Source: a candidate division WOR-3 bacterium
Lineage (GTDB): Bacteria > Hydrothermota > Tepidihabitantia > Tepidihabitantales > DTDR01
Length of the DNA stretch: 45,377 bases
Reading direction: 5' to 3'
NCBI GenBank assembly: GCA_039801885.1
Contig: JBDRVN010000007.1
Coordinates: forward strand, 1 to 45,377
Shown here: positions 19,306 through 28,734 of the stretch, piece after piece
How positions within the stretch are numbered: the first letter of the stretch is position 1
Layout of the letters: each line of letters opens with the position of its first letter
Position numbers and translations under genes: made by a program
Notes under the pieces: model-generated
The model's database searches: none
Seen by the model: the letters and a program-made list of their open reading frames with translations, nothing else
Told to the model about the DNA's origin: nothing

Positions 19306-19588
19306 GATTCTATGACTAAAACCAATAATTTATAGAAAATACTAAAGAAATAATTCAAGAAGAAAAAGAAATTTTTAATTTTAGTGAGTTAAGTAAATTA
19401 ATTATTGAAAATTACGAATCTCTTCAAGAAATATTAAATGCTTTCGAAAAGGATTGAAAATTTAATTCACAAATTAAGATACTATTAAGAAGTTAATTTG
19501 GTGGAGTTTAGTAAAAGAGAAAAAGGACAAAACTTTAGATGAAATTGCCCAAGAAATTGTAAAAATAATTACACAAAAAAATAAAATT

Positions 19589-19617
19589 TTGACTTTTTAA
19601 TTTTTTCTTTATATAAT
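19589..19617 (+). promoter_or_regulatory. sigma70-type promoter (leaderless)
   Basis: TTGACT-N17-TATAAT ending 5 nt before ATG 19623. Confidence 0.7.
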
Positions 19618-19622
19618 TTCCT

Positions 19623-20246
19623 ATGCTTTTCCTTATTTTCCTTTTATCTATTTCCCAAATTTTTTATTGTGATAGTGATACCGATTGTTTTTATATACCG
19701 AAAAAGAAAACAAAAAAGAAATTGCCTGCCTTACTTGTTTTAAGTTGCACAGGTGCGAAAAAGGAAGATTTGGATTCCTTAATTTTTATTGCCGAAAGTC
19801 TTGGCTTTATTTTGTTCTCTTGCCATAAAAGTAGAAATCACCGAGATTTCCTTTTAAACGATAAGGATATTTTAAAAACTTATCAAAAATTAATAAAAAA
19901 ATATCCTTATGTTGATACTTCTAAGATTTTTATTTATGGCTTTTCCGGAATGGGTGCCCAGGCATTACTTTCTAATTTTTTACATCCGGAAATCTTTAAG
20001 GGTGCTATTTCCGTATGCGCTCCTTCTTTACCATTGTCTCTTATTAAACCTGATAAACTTAAAAAACATATATTTTATTTAATAACCCGAAAAAGAGATT
20101 GGAACTTTTATCATAATATAAATTTACACGAATATTTTAAGAGAAATAATATCAAAGATACATTAGTTATCACTGAAGGTGAACACCAAATCGGTAATAA
20201 ATTTGAGTTATATAAAGCATTATCCTGGCTTAAAAATAAGTTCTAA
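19623..20246 (+). CDS. Exported alpha/beta-hydrolase fold protein
   Basis: Signal-like N-terminus, VDTSKIFIYGFSGMG nucleophile elbow, PEIFKGAI, GEH catalytic His. Confidence 0.75.
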   Translation: MLFLIFLLSISQIFYCDSDTDCFYIPKKKTKKKLPALLVLSCTGAKKEDLDSLIFIAESLGFILFSCHKSRNHRDFLLNDKDILKTYQKLIKKYPYVDTSKIFIYGFSGMGAQALLSNFLHPEIFKGAISVCAPSLPLSLIKPDKLKKHIFYLITRKRDWNFYHNINLHEYFKRNNIKDTLVITEGEHQIGNKFELYKALSWLKNKF

Positions 20247-20306
20247 TACTCTACTAATTTCAATATCTTATGCTTTGAGTAATTTTATGAAATTAGCCAC
20301 TACTTG

Positions 20307-20406
20307 TAAGTTATTGATATTAAATTACTTAGGACAAAAATTTTCCTATAAGGAAACTTTTTATTTTGTCAATCTTTTATATAAGTGATATAAAGTCAAT
20401 AACTTA
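20307..20406. repeat. 100 bp nested inverted repeat with TAAGTTATTGA-N9-ACTTA arms
   Basis: 20307-20331 and the reverse complement of 20382-20406 share the motif; inner pairs GACAAAA/TTTTGTC and TTTCCT/AGGAAA. Confidence 0.7.
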
Positions 20407-20707
20407 AATAAAATTAGCCTTTCGGATAGGGGACTATATAGTATACCACCTTAGAGAGCACCTTGGAGTTAATTTTTAAGAAATTTTTAAATATAATTTA
20501 AATCATTTTTAATTTGAGATATTAAAATGTATTCTGAGATTTTATTAAAAAAGAGTTATTATTAAGGGTAAGGATTTTAACAATCTAAAAATAGTGCTAA
20601 AGAGATGGGAAATAATTTAAATCAAACTTTCTTAGTTTCTTAAAGGCTTTCTATCTCTCTTATTCTTTTCTATTGATTTTTTAAAAATTTTTATTATAAA
20701 TTAAAGT

Positions 20708-22411
20708 ATGGGATTTATATTATTTTTAATAAGCGTTGTTTGGTTTATTTTAATGTATCATTTTTACGGCCGATTTTTAGCGAGAAAGGTTTTTAAACTT
20801 GACGATAATAACAAAACACCTGCTCATATTTTGCGAGATGATACTGATTATGTCCCAAGTAATCGTTGGGTAGTTTGGGGACATAATTTCACTTCTATTG
20901 CCGGCTTAGGACCGATTGTTGGACCGGCGATTGGAATAATTTGGGGTTGGGTACCGGCGCTTCTCTGGATAGTTTTGGGAGCAGTTTTTTTAGGCGGTGT
21001 TCACGATTTTGCTTCTTTGGTTTTATCTTTAAGAAATAAAGGTCTTTCTATTGGTGAAATAACTACCCAAATTATTGGCAAAAGAGCAAAATATCTTTTT
21101 ATGTCAATAATCTTTTTTGAATTATGGGTGGTGATTGCAATCTTCGCAATGATAATGGGAATTCTATTTGAAATGTATCCAAGTTCAGTTTTCCCTATCT
21201 GGATGGAGATACCAATTGCTCTTACTTTATCTTATATGGTCTTTAAAAAAGGTAAAAGTTTAGAACTCTGGTCTTGGTTTGCCCTTATCGCAATGTATGT
21301 TACGGTTGCGATTGGTGTCTTAATACCTATAAAAATTCCAAGCCCGAATGCTATTGTTATTTGGATTATAATTTTAATGATTTATTGTTATATCGCTTCT
21401 ACTTTACCCGTTGAGACATTGCTTCAACCAAGGGATTATATCAACTCTCACGAATTGTTGGTTGCTGGCTTATTAATTTTTGTTGGTGCGGTCGCTGCTT
21501 TTATTTCTGATCCAGGACATCTCGGTTTTGTTGCGCCCGCCTTTAATTTTTCAGTAAAAGATGCGCCACCAATCTGGCCTTTTCTCTTTGTTACGATTGC
21601 TTGCGGAGCAATTTCTGGTTTCCATTCTCTTGTTGTTTCGGGAACAGCATCTAAACAGATTAATAAAGAAAGTGATGCAAAATTGGTTGGCTATGGCGGT
21701 ATGATTGCTGAAGGAATTCTTGCTTCCCTTGTTATTTTAGCAGTCGCGGCTGGTTTTGGAGCAATGGGAAAAGGACTAAATATTGGAATAAAGGAATGGG
21801 CTAACCACTATAAAGATTGGTCTTCTGCCAGTGGCTTAGCGGCAAATATTAAAGCCTTTGTTGTTGGCTCGGCAAATATGATGAGTTATATCTTTGGCAA
21901 AAGCAAATATATGATGGAGTTGATGATGACAATAATGGGTGTCTTTATTGTCTCTTTTGCTGGCACAACAATTGATACAGCAACAAGAATCCAAAGATAT
22001 ATTGTCCAGGAATTTGGTCAAAGCACCCATATAAATCTCCTAACCAATAAACATATTGCCACTTTGGTGGCGGTTGGTTCTGCCTTTGGTTTGGCGATGA
22101 TAAAACCAGGGGGAAAAGGTGCTTTAATCCTCTGGCCTCTTTTTGGTACTATTAATCAATTACTTGCTGGGTTGGCATTGGTTGTCGCCACTTTATATTT
22201 AGTATATAGAAAAACAAAACCAATGATTGCAGCAATTCCTACGATCTTCTTAATCACTATGACCGGTTGGGCAATGATAAATAATATTCAAAACTATTTT
22301 AAAACCCATAATTGGGTGCTTTTTATTATCGGATTAATTGTCTTTTGTCTAATGGTTTGGTTAGTTATTGAAGGTATCACTGCTTTATCAAAAAAGAAGG
22401 TGCTCTCTTAA
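20708..22411 (+). CDS. cstA: Carbon starvation protein A family transporter
   Basis: TPAH...DYVP, GHNFTSIAGLGPIVGP, GGVHDF, LLQPRDY, TIACGAISGFHSL, LWPLFGTINQLLA. Confidence 0.95.
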   Translation: MGFILFLISVVWFILMYHFYGRFLARKVFKLDDNNKTPAHILRDDTDYVPSNRWVVWGHNFTSIAGLGPIVGPAIGIIWGWVPALLWIVLGAVFLGGVHDFASLVLSLRNKGLSIGEITTQIIGKRAKYLFMSIIFFELWVVIAIFAMIMGILFEMYPSSVFPIWMEIPIALTLSYMVFKKGKSLELWSWFALIAMYVTVAIGVLIPIKIPSPNAIVIWIIILMIYCYIASTLPVETLLQPRDYINSHELLVAGLLIFVGAVAAFISDPGHLGFVAPAFNFSVKDAPPIWPFLFVTIACGAISGFHSLVVSGTASKQINKESDAKLVGYGGMIAEGILASLVILAVAAGFGAMGKGLNIGIKEWANHYKDWSSASGLAANIKAFVVGSANMMSYIFGKSKYMMELMMTIMGVFIVSFAGTTIDTATRIQRYIVQEFGQSTHINLLTNKHIATLVAVGSAFGLAMIKPGGKGALILWPLFGTINQLLAGLALVVATLYLVYRKTKPMIAAIPTIFLITMTGWAMINNIQNYFKTHNWVLFIIGLIVFCLMVWLVIEGITALSKKKVLS

Positions 22412-22415
22412 AAAT

Positions 22416-23408
22416 ATGAGGTTAGTTATTTTAGGAATTACTGGTTTAGTAGGTAGAAAAATCTGCCAAATTATTCAAGAGAAAAAATTAGAATTTTCGG
22501 AAATCCTTGGTTTTGCTTCGCAAGAAAGTGCCGGCGAAAAGATATTGATAAATAATAAAGAGATAGAGGTTAAGGAATTGAAAGAGGTCTTTAACTACCT
22601 TGGTGAAAATACTTATGTCTTATCTTCCTTAGAAGAGAATATTACGAAAGAGATTATTCCTCAAATAAGCGAGAAGGCAATCGTGATTGATAATTCCAGT
22701 ATTTTTAGATTATGCGAAGATGTTCCCTTATGTGTTCCGGAGATTAATAAAGAGGTCTTAAAGGAGCACAAAAATTTAATTGCCAATCCCAATTGTACGA
22801 CAATCCAATTGGTCTTGGTTTTGCATCCTTTAAGAAGGTTGAGTGAATTTAAAAAAGTAGTTGTAACAAGTTTACAATCGGTTTCTGGTGCTGGTGAAGA
22901 TGCCTTAGAAGAATATTATTATGAGACAGAATTTTTGGCAATCGGCGAGGAAATTGAAAAAGCAACTGATTCACCCTTTCCTTTTCTCATTGTTGATAAT
23001 ATCATACCTTTTATTGGTGAAATAAATGAAGATGGCTATTGTAAAGAGGAGTTAAAGATTATTAATGAATCAAGAAAGATTTTATCTTATTCCAATTTGG
23101 ATATAACTGCCACAACAATTAGAATACCAATTGCCCATTGCCATTCAATATCTTTATATGTAGAATTTGAAAAAGAAATAGAAAAAGAGAAAATAATTGA
23201 AGAATTAGAGAAAGAGAATTATTTGAAAGTATTAAAAGAAGAAATTCCAATGCCAATTATTGCTAAAGAGAGAGATTTAGTTTATGTTGGTAGAATAAGA
23301 AAGATTGATAATAATAGATATTGGTTCTTTGTTGTTGCCGATAATTTAAGAAGGGGTGCTGCCACTAATGCAGTATTGATCTTAGAGGAAGTTTTAAAGT
23401 TAAAATAA
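22416..23408 (+). CDS. asd: Aspartate-semialdehyde dehydrogenase; start revised to ATG 22416
   Basis: GITGLVG, VIDNSS.FR, VPEIN, IANPNCTT, QSVSGAG, DNLRRGAATNAV. Confidence 0.93.
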   Translation: MRLVILGITGLVGRKICQIIQEKKLEFSEILGFASQESAGEKILINNKEIEVKELKEVFNYLGENTYVLSSLEENITKEIIPQISEKAIVIDNSSIFRLCEDVPLCVPEINKEVLKEHKNLIANPNCTTIQLVLVLHPLRRLSEFKKVVVTSLQSVSGAGEDALEEYYYETEFLAIGEEIEKATDSPFPFLIVDNIIPFIGEINEDGYCKEELKIINESRKILSYSNLDITATTIRIPIAHCHSISLYVEFEKEIEKEKIIEELEKENYLKVLKEEIPMPIIAKERDLVYVGRIRKIDNNRYWFFVVADNLRRGAATNAVLILEEVLKLK

Positions 23409-23411
23409 AAA

Positions 23412-24065
23412 TCAATCTGTTTTCTCCAAAATTAGAAGGCTTCTTACTAAACGGATATGTTCGTAACGAAATTTTACCACATCTTTTAGTTGATAACCAG
23501 CTTTCTTAATAAGTCTCTCGCTCTCTTTTAATTCCCTTTCAATAACACGGGTTTTTTTGTAAAGGATAAGCATTTCTGGTTTTAAATCATCTAAACTCAT
23601 AAGCCATTTTAAAGTCTTTTTCAAAGAAGCAACCAAACGAGAAACAATAATATCAAACTTTATATTTCTTATCTCTTCAAACCTTTTATTAAGAACAATA
23701 CAATCTTTCAAATCTAAATCTAAAATTACTTTTTCTAAAAATACCGCCTTTTTATGTTTTGATTCAATTAGATAAACTTTTAAATCCGGCCGAAAAATTT
23801 TGATAATTATTCCCGGAAAACCAGCACCACTTCCTAAATCAGCAATAACCTTATTTTCCGCCAGAAGATTAACAACGACTGCTGAATCAACAAAATGGTA
23901 TTTAATCAATTTTTCATTATCCTTTAAAGAATATAGATTTAATCTCTGCCTTTCGCTGATAAGTAATTTGTGATATTTTACTAATTTATCAAGTTTCTCA
24001 TCGTCTAAGGAGATATCAAAGGAGTTAAGAATTTTATCAAAGGCACTCCAAGTTATATCGGCCAT
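23412..24065 (-). CDS. rsmG: 16S rRNA m7G527 methyltransferase
   Basis: LNLYS, HFVDS, DLGSGAGFPGI, LIES..KK..FL, FDIIVSR. Confidence 0.92.
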   Translation of the reverse strand: MADITWSAFDKILNSFDISLDDEKLDKLVKYHKLLISERQRLNLYSLKDNEKLIKYHFVDSAVVVNLLAENKVIADLGSGAGFPGIIIKIFRPDLKVYLIESKHKKAVFLEKVILDLDLKDCIVLNKRFEEIRNIKFDIIVSRLVASLKKTLKWLMSLDDLKPEMLILYKKTRVIERELKESERLIKKAGYQLKDVVKFRYEHIRLVRSLLILEKTD

Positions 24066-24067
24066 TC

Positions 24068-25207
24068 TTAAGGATGGATAGTGGCGACATAACAGGCTTT
24101 GCCATTTTTATATTGCATAACCACCGCATCTTTTATTGGATTACCATTCTCATCAAAAACAATTTTACCAGAAACAGTATTAAACTCTTTTATCTCATTT
24201 AATGCTTCTCTTATCTTTTCCGGTTCAAAAGAATTGGCCTTTTGAACTGCCGTCAAAAGTAAAATTGTTGCATCATAAGCAAGGGTTGCTAAAGCATCAG
24301 GAACTTTTCCATATCTTTCTTGATATTTTTTAACCCATTCTTGAACTTCTTCTCTTGGATCTTCGGGCGAATAGTGATTAGTAAAACAACCCCCTTCAAT
24401 TGCCTCACCGGCAATTTTCGGAAGTTCCGGTGAATCCCAACCATCGCCACCCATTAAAATAGAATTTATTCCCAATTGCCTTGCCTGCTTAGCAATCAAA
24501 CCAACCTTTGTATAATAATCAGGTAAAAAGAGAATATCCGGATTTAATTGTTTTACTTTTGTTATTAAAGCAGAAAAATCCACATCGTCCTTTTGATAAG
24601 ATTCAAAAAGCACTATCTTGCCACCTCCTTCTTCAAAGGAGGTTTTAAAGAACTCCGCAAGCCCTTTTACATAATCATTACCAACATCGTAAAGCACAGC
24701 AGCAGTTTTAGCCTTTAGATTATTTAAAGCAAAACTGGCTGCTACCTTTCCTTGAAATGGGTCAATAAAACAAGCACGAAAAATATATCTTTTTCTTGTT
24801 CCATCTTCTCTTACTGTTACCTTCGGATTGGTAGAAGTAGGAGTAATCATTACAATCTTACTTTGCTCACAAATTTCAGAAACCGGAATTGATGCTTTAG
24901 AAGCAACCGAACCAATTATCGCGTTTACCTTATCTTGATTAATCAATTTATATGCCGCATTAGCTGCCTCAGTTGGATCATTTTTATCGTCACATATTAC
25001 ATATTCAATCTTTTTCCCAAAAATACCACCCTTCTGATTAGCTTCTTCAATCGCCAATAAAAAGGCATTCTTTACCGACTCACCAAAAGTCTTCACATCA
25101 CCAGTTAAAGGAGCAATTAAACCAATTTTCAATTTCTTTTCACCGGTTTGACAAAAGAGAAAGAAAATTATTGTTAAGATTAAAAGGTACTTCATAAGAT
25201 TTCTCAT
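24068..25207 (-). CDS. Branched-chain amino acid ABC transporter substrate-binding lipoprotein (LivJ/LivK-like)
   Basis: Lipobox-like FLFC, KIGLIAPLTG, FRACFIDPFQG, GGDGWD, LAYDA; AGGAGG SD and TTGACT-N16-TATAAT upstream. Confidence 0.92.
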   Translation of the reverse strand: MRNLMKYLLILTIIFFLFCQTGEKKLKIGLIAPLTGDVKTFGESVKNAFLLAIEEANQKGGIFGKKIEYVICDDKNDPTEAANAAYKLINQDKVNAIIGSVASKASIPVSEICEQSKIVMITPTSTNPKVTVREDGTRKRYIFRACFIDPFQGKVAASFALNNLKAKTAAVLYDVGNDYVKGLAEFFKTSFEEGGGKIVLFESYQKDDVDFSALITKVKQLNPDILFLPDYYTKVGLIAKQARQLGINSILMGGDGWDSPELPKIAGEAIEGGCFTNHYSPEDPREEVQEWVKKYQERYGKVPDALATLAYDATILLLTAVQKANSFEPEKIREALNEIKEFNTVSGKIVFDENGNPIKDAVVMQYKNGKACYVATIHP

Positions 25208-25355
25208 TTTTTTTCCTCCTTTTTTTAAAAAAGAAATTATAAAAAGAAATTTATAAAAGTCAATCTTTTAAATATTTGGGCAAATTTTTTCACATTTTTT
25301 CTTTTATAATTGTGAAAATTACTTTAAAAACCTTAAAAAGCAATAGTTTTAAAAA

Positions 25356-25384
25356 TTGAAAAATGGCACAATTTTTGATATAAT
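25356..25384 (+). promoter_or_regulatory. Overlapping sigma70-like and sigma54-like promoters of the pgs operon
   Basis: TTGAAA(25356)-N17-TATAAT with extended TG; TGGCAC(25364)-N5-TTGAT nested inside. Confidence 0.6.
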
Positions 25385-25392
25385 AAAAACAA

Positions 25393-26571
25393 ATGCTTTT
25401 TCTCTTTTTTTTGTTAATCTTCTTTCTTTTCTATCTTTTTTGGGAATATAAGACTCACCAAAGAAACTTAAAAAAAATAAAAATTAGAATTTTAGTTAAT
25501 GGCACAAGAGGAAAATCTTCTACTTGTCGATTAATTGCTGGTGGTCTTTTAGGAAATAATAAAAGAGTTACCTGTAAAACAACTGGCACAAAACCAAGAT
25601 TAATAATTAATAATCAAGAATTTCCAATTATCCGATTAGGAAGAGCAAATATCATTGAAGAGAAGAAAATTTTTAAAAGGTTAATTAAAGAAGAAATAGA
25701 ATTTAGTATTACCGAATGCATGGCATTGGTTCCGGAATATCAGACGATTTATAACGAAAAACTCGTTCAACCCCAGATTACAGTTATCACCAATGTAAGA
25801 AATGACCACTTGGATGTTATGGGACCTACTTTAAAAGATGTGGCAATAAATTTAGCAAGAACAATACCCAAAAGAGGAGTTTTGTTTATTTTTGAAGAAG
25901 AAAATTATTTAGAAATATTTGAAAAGAAAGCGAAAGAGAGGGATTGTAAAATAGTTTATGTAAAAAAAGATAGTGTAAATGATGAGATGATGAAAGGCTT
26001 TTCTTATTTAGAACATAAAGAAAATGTTGCCTTAGCCTTAGCAGTATGTGAATATTTAGGTTGTGAAAAGGATAAAGCCCTTTGGGGAATGAAAAAGATT
26101 AATCCCGACCCAGGAGTTTTAAGGGTGTTTGAGATAAAGATTAATGATAATTATGCTTACTTTGTCAACACGATGGCGGCAAATGACCCAGATTCAATTC
26201 TTTATCTTTGGGAAAAATTTAATAATTTAAATTATGATTACAAAATTGTTCTAATGAACTGTCGAGCAGACCGAATTGAAAGGTCAGAACAATTGGGAGA
26301 TTTAATTAATGGTAAATTTCTTGCTGATTATTATGTGGCAACTGGTTTTTTAACAAAACCTTTTATTAATAAATTGAAAAAAGAAAAAGTCTTAGATTTA
26401 GAAAAAAAAGAACCCAAAGAAGTTTTCTCAAAAATCGGTGAAATTATTAAAAGTAAAGATAAAAATAAAAAATGGCTAATCTTTGCCACAGGTAATATTG
26501 TTGGTTATGGTGAAGAACTGGTTAAAGAGTTTCAAAAATATAGTAAAGAAGTAGATTATAACTTATGGTAA
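25393..26571 (+). CDS. pgsB: Poly-gamma-glutamate synthase PgsB/CapB
   Basis: N-terminal TM, RILVNGTRGKSS, KTTGT, NIIE, ECMAL, TNVRNDHLDVMGPT, PDPG, AANDP, NCRADR..RS, GNI.GYG. Confidence 0.95.
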   Translation: MLFLFFLLIFFLFYLFWEYKTHQRNLKKIKIRILVNGTRGKSSTCRLIAGGLLGNNKRVTCKTTGTKPRLIINNQEFPIIRLGRANIIEEKKIFKRLIKEEIEFSITECMALVPEYQTIYNEKLVQPQITVITNVRNDHLDVMGPTLKDVAINLARTIPKRGVLFIFEEENYLEIFEKKAKERDCKIVYVKKDSVNDEMMKGFSYLEHKENVALALAVCEYLGCEKDKALWGMKKINPDPGVLRVFEIKINDNYAYFVNTMAANDPDSILYLWEKFNNLNYDYKIVLMNCRADRIERSEQLGDLINGKFLADYYVATGFLTKPFINKLKKEKVLDLEKKEPKEVFSKIGEIIKSKDKNKKWLIFATGNIVGYGEELVKEFQKYSKEVDYNLW

Positions 26572-27023
26572 TAATTGAAGGAATTGGCTTAGGAATGTTT
26601 TTAAGTTTTTTTATGACCGAAACAATCGGTCTGGCTGCCGGCGGAATTGTTGTTCCTGGTTATTTAGCTTTAAATCTTCATCATCCTTTTAAAATTATTT
26701 TAACCTTTTTTATTGCCTTATTAGTATATTTAATTAATCTTTTCCTTTCCAAATATGTAATCCTTTATGGAAGAAGATTACTTTTAATTTCGGTAATCTT
26801 AGGTTATCTTTTAGGTTATTTCTTTAAATTATTTCCACCGATAACTTATCAAAAACAAATATTAAATTGGGAAGTTATTGGTTATGTTATTCCTGGCCTT
26901 TTAGCTTATTGGTCACAAAGACAAGGAATTATTGAAACCTTTTCTACGGCAATTGTTGGTAGTGTGATTACTCGCTTAATTTTAATATTAATTAACAGTG
27001 GAAAAGTTTTTATTTTTAAATGA
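26565..27023 (+). CDS. pgsC: Poly-gamma-glutamate biosynthesis protein PgsC/CapC
   Basis: E..GLAAGGIVVPGYLAL, ILYGRR, IGYVIPGLLA...RQG. Confidence 0.95.
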   Translation: MVIIEGIGLGMFLSFFMTETIGLAAGGIVVPGYLALNLHHPFKIILTFFIALLVYLINLFLSKYVILYGRRLLLISVILGYLLGYFFKLFPPITYQKQILNWEVIGYVIPGLLAYWSQRQGIIETFSTAIVGSVITRLILILINSGKVFIFK

Positions 27024-28021
27024 GAAAAAGAGTTGGTAAGGTAGGAAAAAGTATCATAATTATTTATGCTATCTTAGCAGTTATTTTCTTTCTTATTCTC
27101 AGTCTCACAGTTAAAGAAGAAAAAAGTAAATATTACGAAGAAAAAATTGAAGCAGTAAAAAAAGCAAAAGAAGCAATGGAAATAGTAAAAAAAGCAAGGC
27201 TAAATTACGGAATTCCTATTGATATTATTAATGACCCAAAAGAGACGGGCTTGATTTTTCATCCTTATTCACTATTAACTTATGAAAGAACAAATTTGGC
27301 TTTATCCCAAGCATCCCTTTCACCAAATTTTGCTGCCCTTTTTATTGAGATTTTAAAAAATAAAAATTTGAAAGAGAACGATACCATTATTATTTTTTTA
27401 GATGGTAGTTTTCCGGCTTTAAACCTTTACCTTCTTTCTGCCTTAGAAATTCTTAAAATTAAACCGATTATCTTCTTACAAGTGGCTTCCATCTCTTATG
27501 GTGCGAATGACCCAAATTTTACTTTTTTAGAAATTCTTAAAATTTTAAAAGATAATAATATATTTAATTTCACTTGTGAATATGCCTCTCTCGGCGGAAA
27601 TAACGATTTAGGTGAAGGACTATCCCAAGAAGCAAGAGAATTTATTAAAGAAAAAATTAATTATTATAATATAAAGCCAATTATTACTGAAAACGAATCT
27701 CTACAAATTTTATTGAGAAAAGATCTGTTAAAAAACTACTATTACAAAGGAATTATTGCTATTTCTTACGATTTATTCTTCAAAGAAACTGATAAAAAAA
27801 TATTTTTCTATCACTTTAATAATCCCCTTATTTTAAAAGAAGAATACGAAATTAAAGATGAATTATTCAAAGGCAGATTATTCTTAGAAAAAAGATATTC
27901 TCTTTTTTATACAACATTATTTTTAATTATTTTGCTTGTTTTATTATATATCATTATTAAATATGATTTAGAATTCTATTTAACAGGAAGAAAAGAAGAA
28001 ATTTATGAGGAGGGAGTATGA
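27020..28021 (+). CDS. pgsW: Poly-gamma-glutamate system protein (PgsW-like)
   Basis: N- and C-terminal TM helices, NDPKETGLI, PNFAA, GSFPALN, SYGANDP, ASLGGNND.G; directly after pgsC. Confidence 0.8.
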   Translation: MRKRVGKVGKSIIIIYAILAVIFFLILSLTVKEEKSKYYEEKIEAVKKAKEAMEIVKKARLNYGIPIDIINDPKETGLIFHPYSLLTYERTNLALSQASLSPNFAALFIEILKNKNLKENDTIIIFLDGSFPALNLYLLSALEILKIKPIIFLQVASISYGANDPNFTFLEILKILKDNNIFNFTCEYASLGGNNDLGEGLSQEAREFIKEKINYYNIKPIITENESLQILLRKDLLKNYYYKGIIAISYDLFFKETDKKIFFYHFNNPLILKEEYEIKDELFKGRLFLEKRYSLFYTTLFLIILLVLLYIIIKYDLEFYLTGRKEEIYEEGV

Positions 28022-28734
28022 AAAAATTTCTAATATTTTTATTTTTCTCTTTTATCTTTGCCGAAACCTTAGAAGTCAAAAAATCACCCACTATCAAAAT
28101 TCGGGTTCTAAAACCAATTGAAGAGGAATATTATCTTTTAACAAAAAATACACCAATTAAAATCAAAGTAAAAGGGCCAAAGATTTTAAAGATTTATACA
28201 AGACTTTTATTTTTACCCTTAAACCATCCTCAATTTCAAAATAAAAGCAATTATAAAATCCTTCTAAAAACCGATGATAAAGAATATATTTATCATTTTA
28301 CAACAGAAATCTCTAAACAGACTTATGATAAAAGAGGAAGGTATTATGGAAAATGGCGTTCAATAAACTTTGAAGTTCCCTCAGGAATTCACGAATACCA
28401 ATTATTCCTTTTTGATGTCCAAAAAGAAACGGTGGCAGTAAGATTAGAATTAAAAAAACCGAGTGAATTTAAAGAAATAAAAGTTATTTCCAAAATTGAT
28501 ACGATACCAATAAAAATAAAACTTAACGGTCCTAATCAATTTCAAATCCGATTTCTAACAAAAGAGAAAACTAATATAAATTATCAAATAATAAAAAATG
28601 GCGAAATTATTTTAAAGGATACAACGAAAAAAGTTCTTTTAAATATTAATGAAGAAGAGGCAGAAATTTTAATTGATATCAAACCTTATGAAAAGATAAG
28701 TAAAATTAGAATTTATGAAAAAAGGAAACTTTAA
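28018..28734 (+). CDS. Hypothetical exported beta-rich protein
   Basis: Signal peptide ending IFA; overlaps pgsW stop by 4 nt; repeated PIKIK(V/L).GP motif suggests two related domains. Confidence 0.7.
   Translation: MKKFLIFLFFSFIFAETLEVKKSPTIKIRVLKPIEEEYYLLTKNTPIKIKVKGPKILKIYTRLLFLPLNHPQFQNKSNYKILLKTDDKEYIYHFTTEISKQTYDKRGRYYGKWRSINFEVPSGIHEYQLFLFDVQKETVAVRLELKKPSEFKEIKVISKIDTIPIKIKLNGPNQFQIRFLTKEKTNINYQIIKNGEIILKDTTKKVLLNINEEEAEILIDIKPYEKISKIRIYEKRKL

Noticed and set aside
20179-20388. 69 aa ORF overlapping the hydrolase 3' end
   Set aside because: Mostly a translation of the palindromic DNA element; no start signals.
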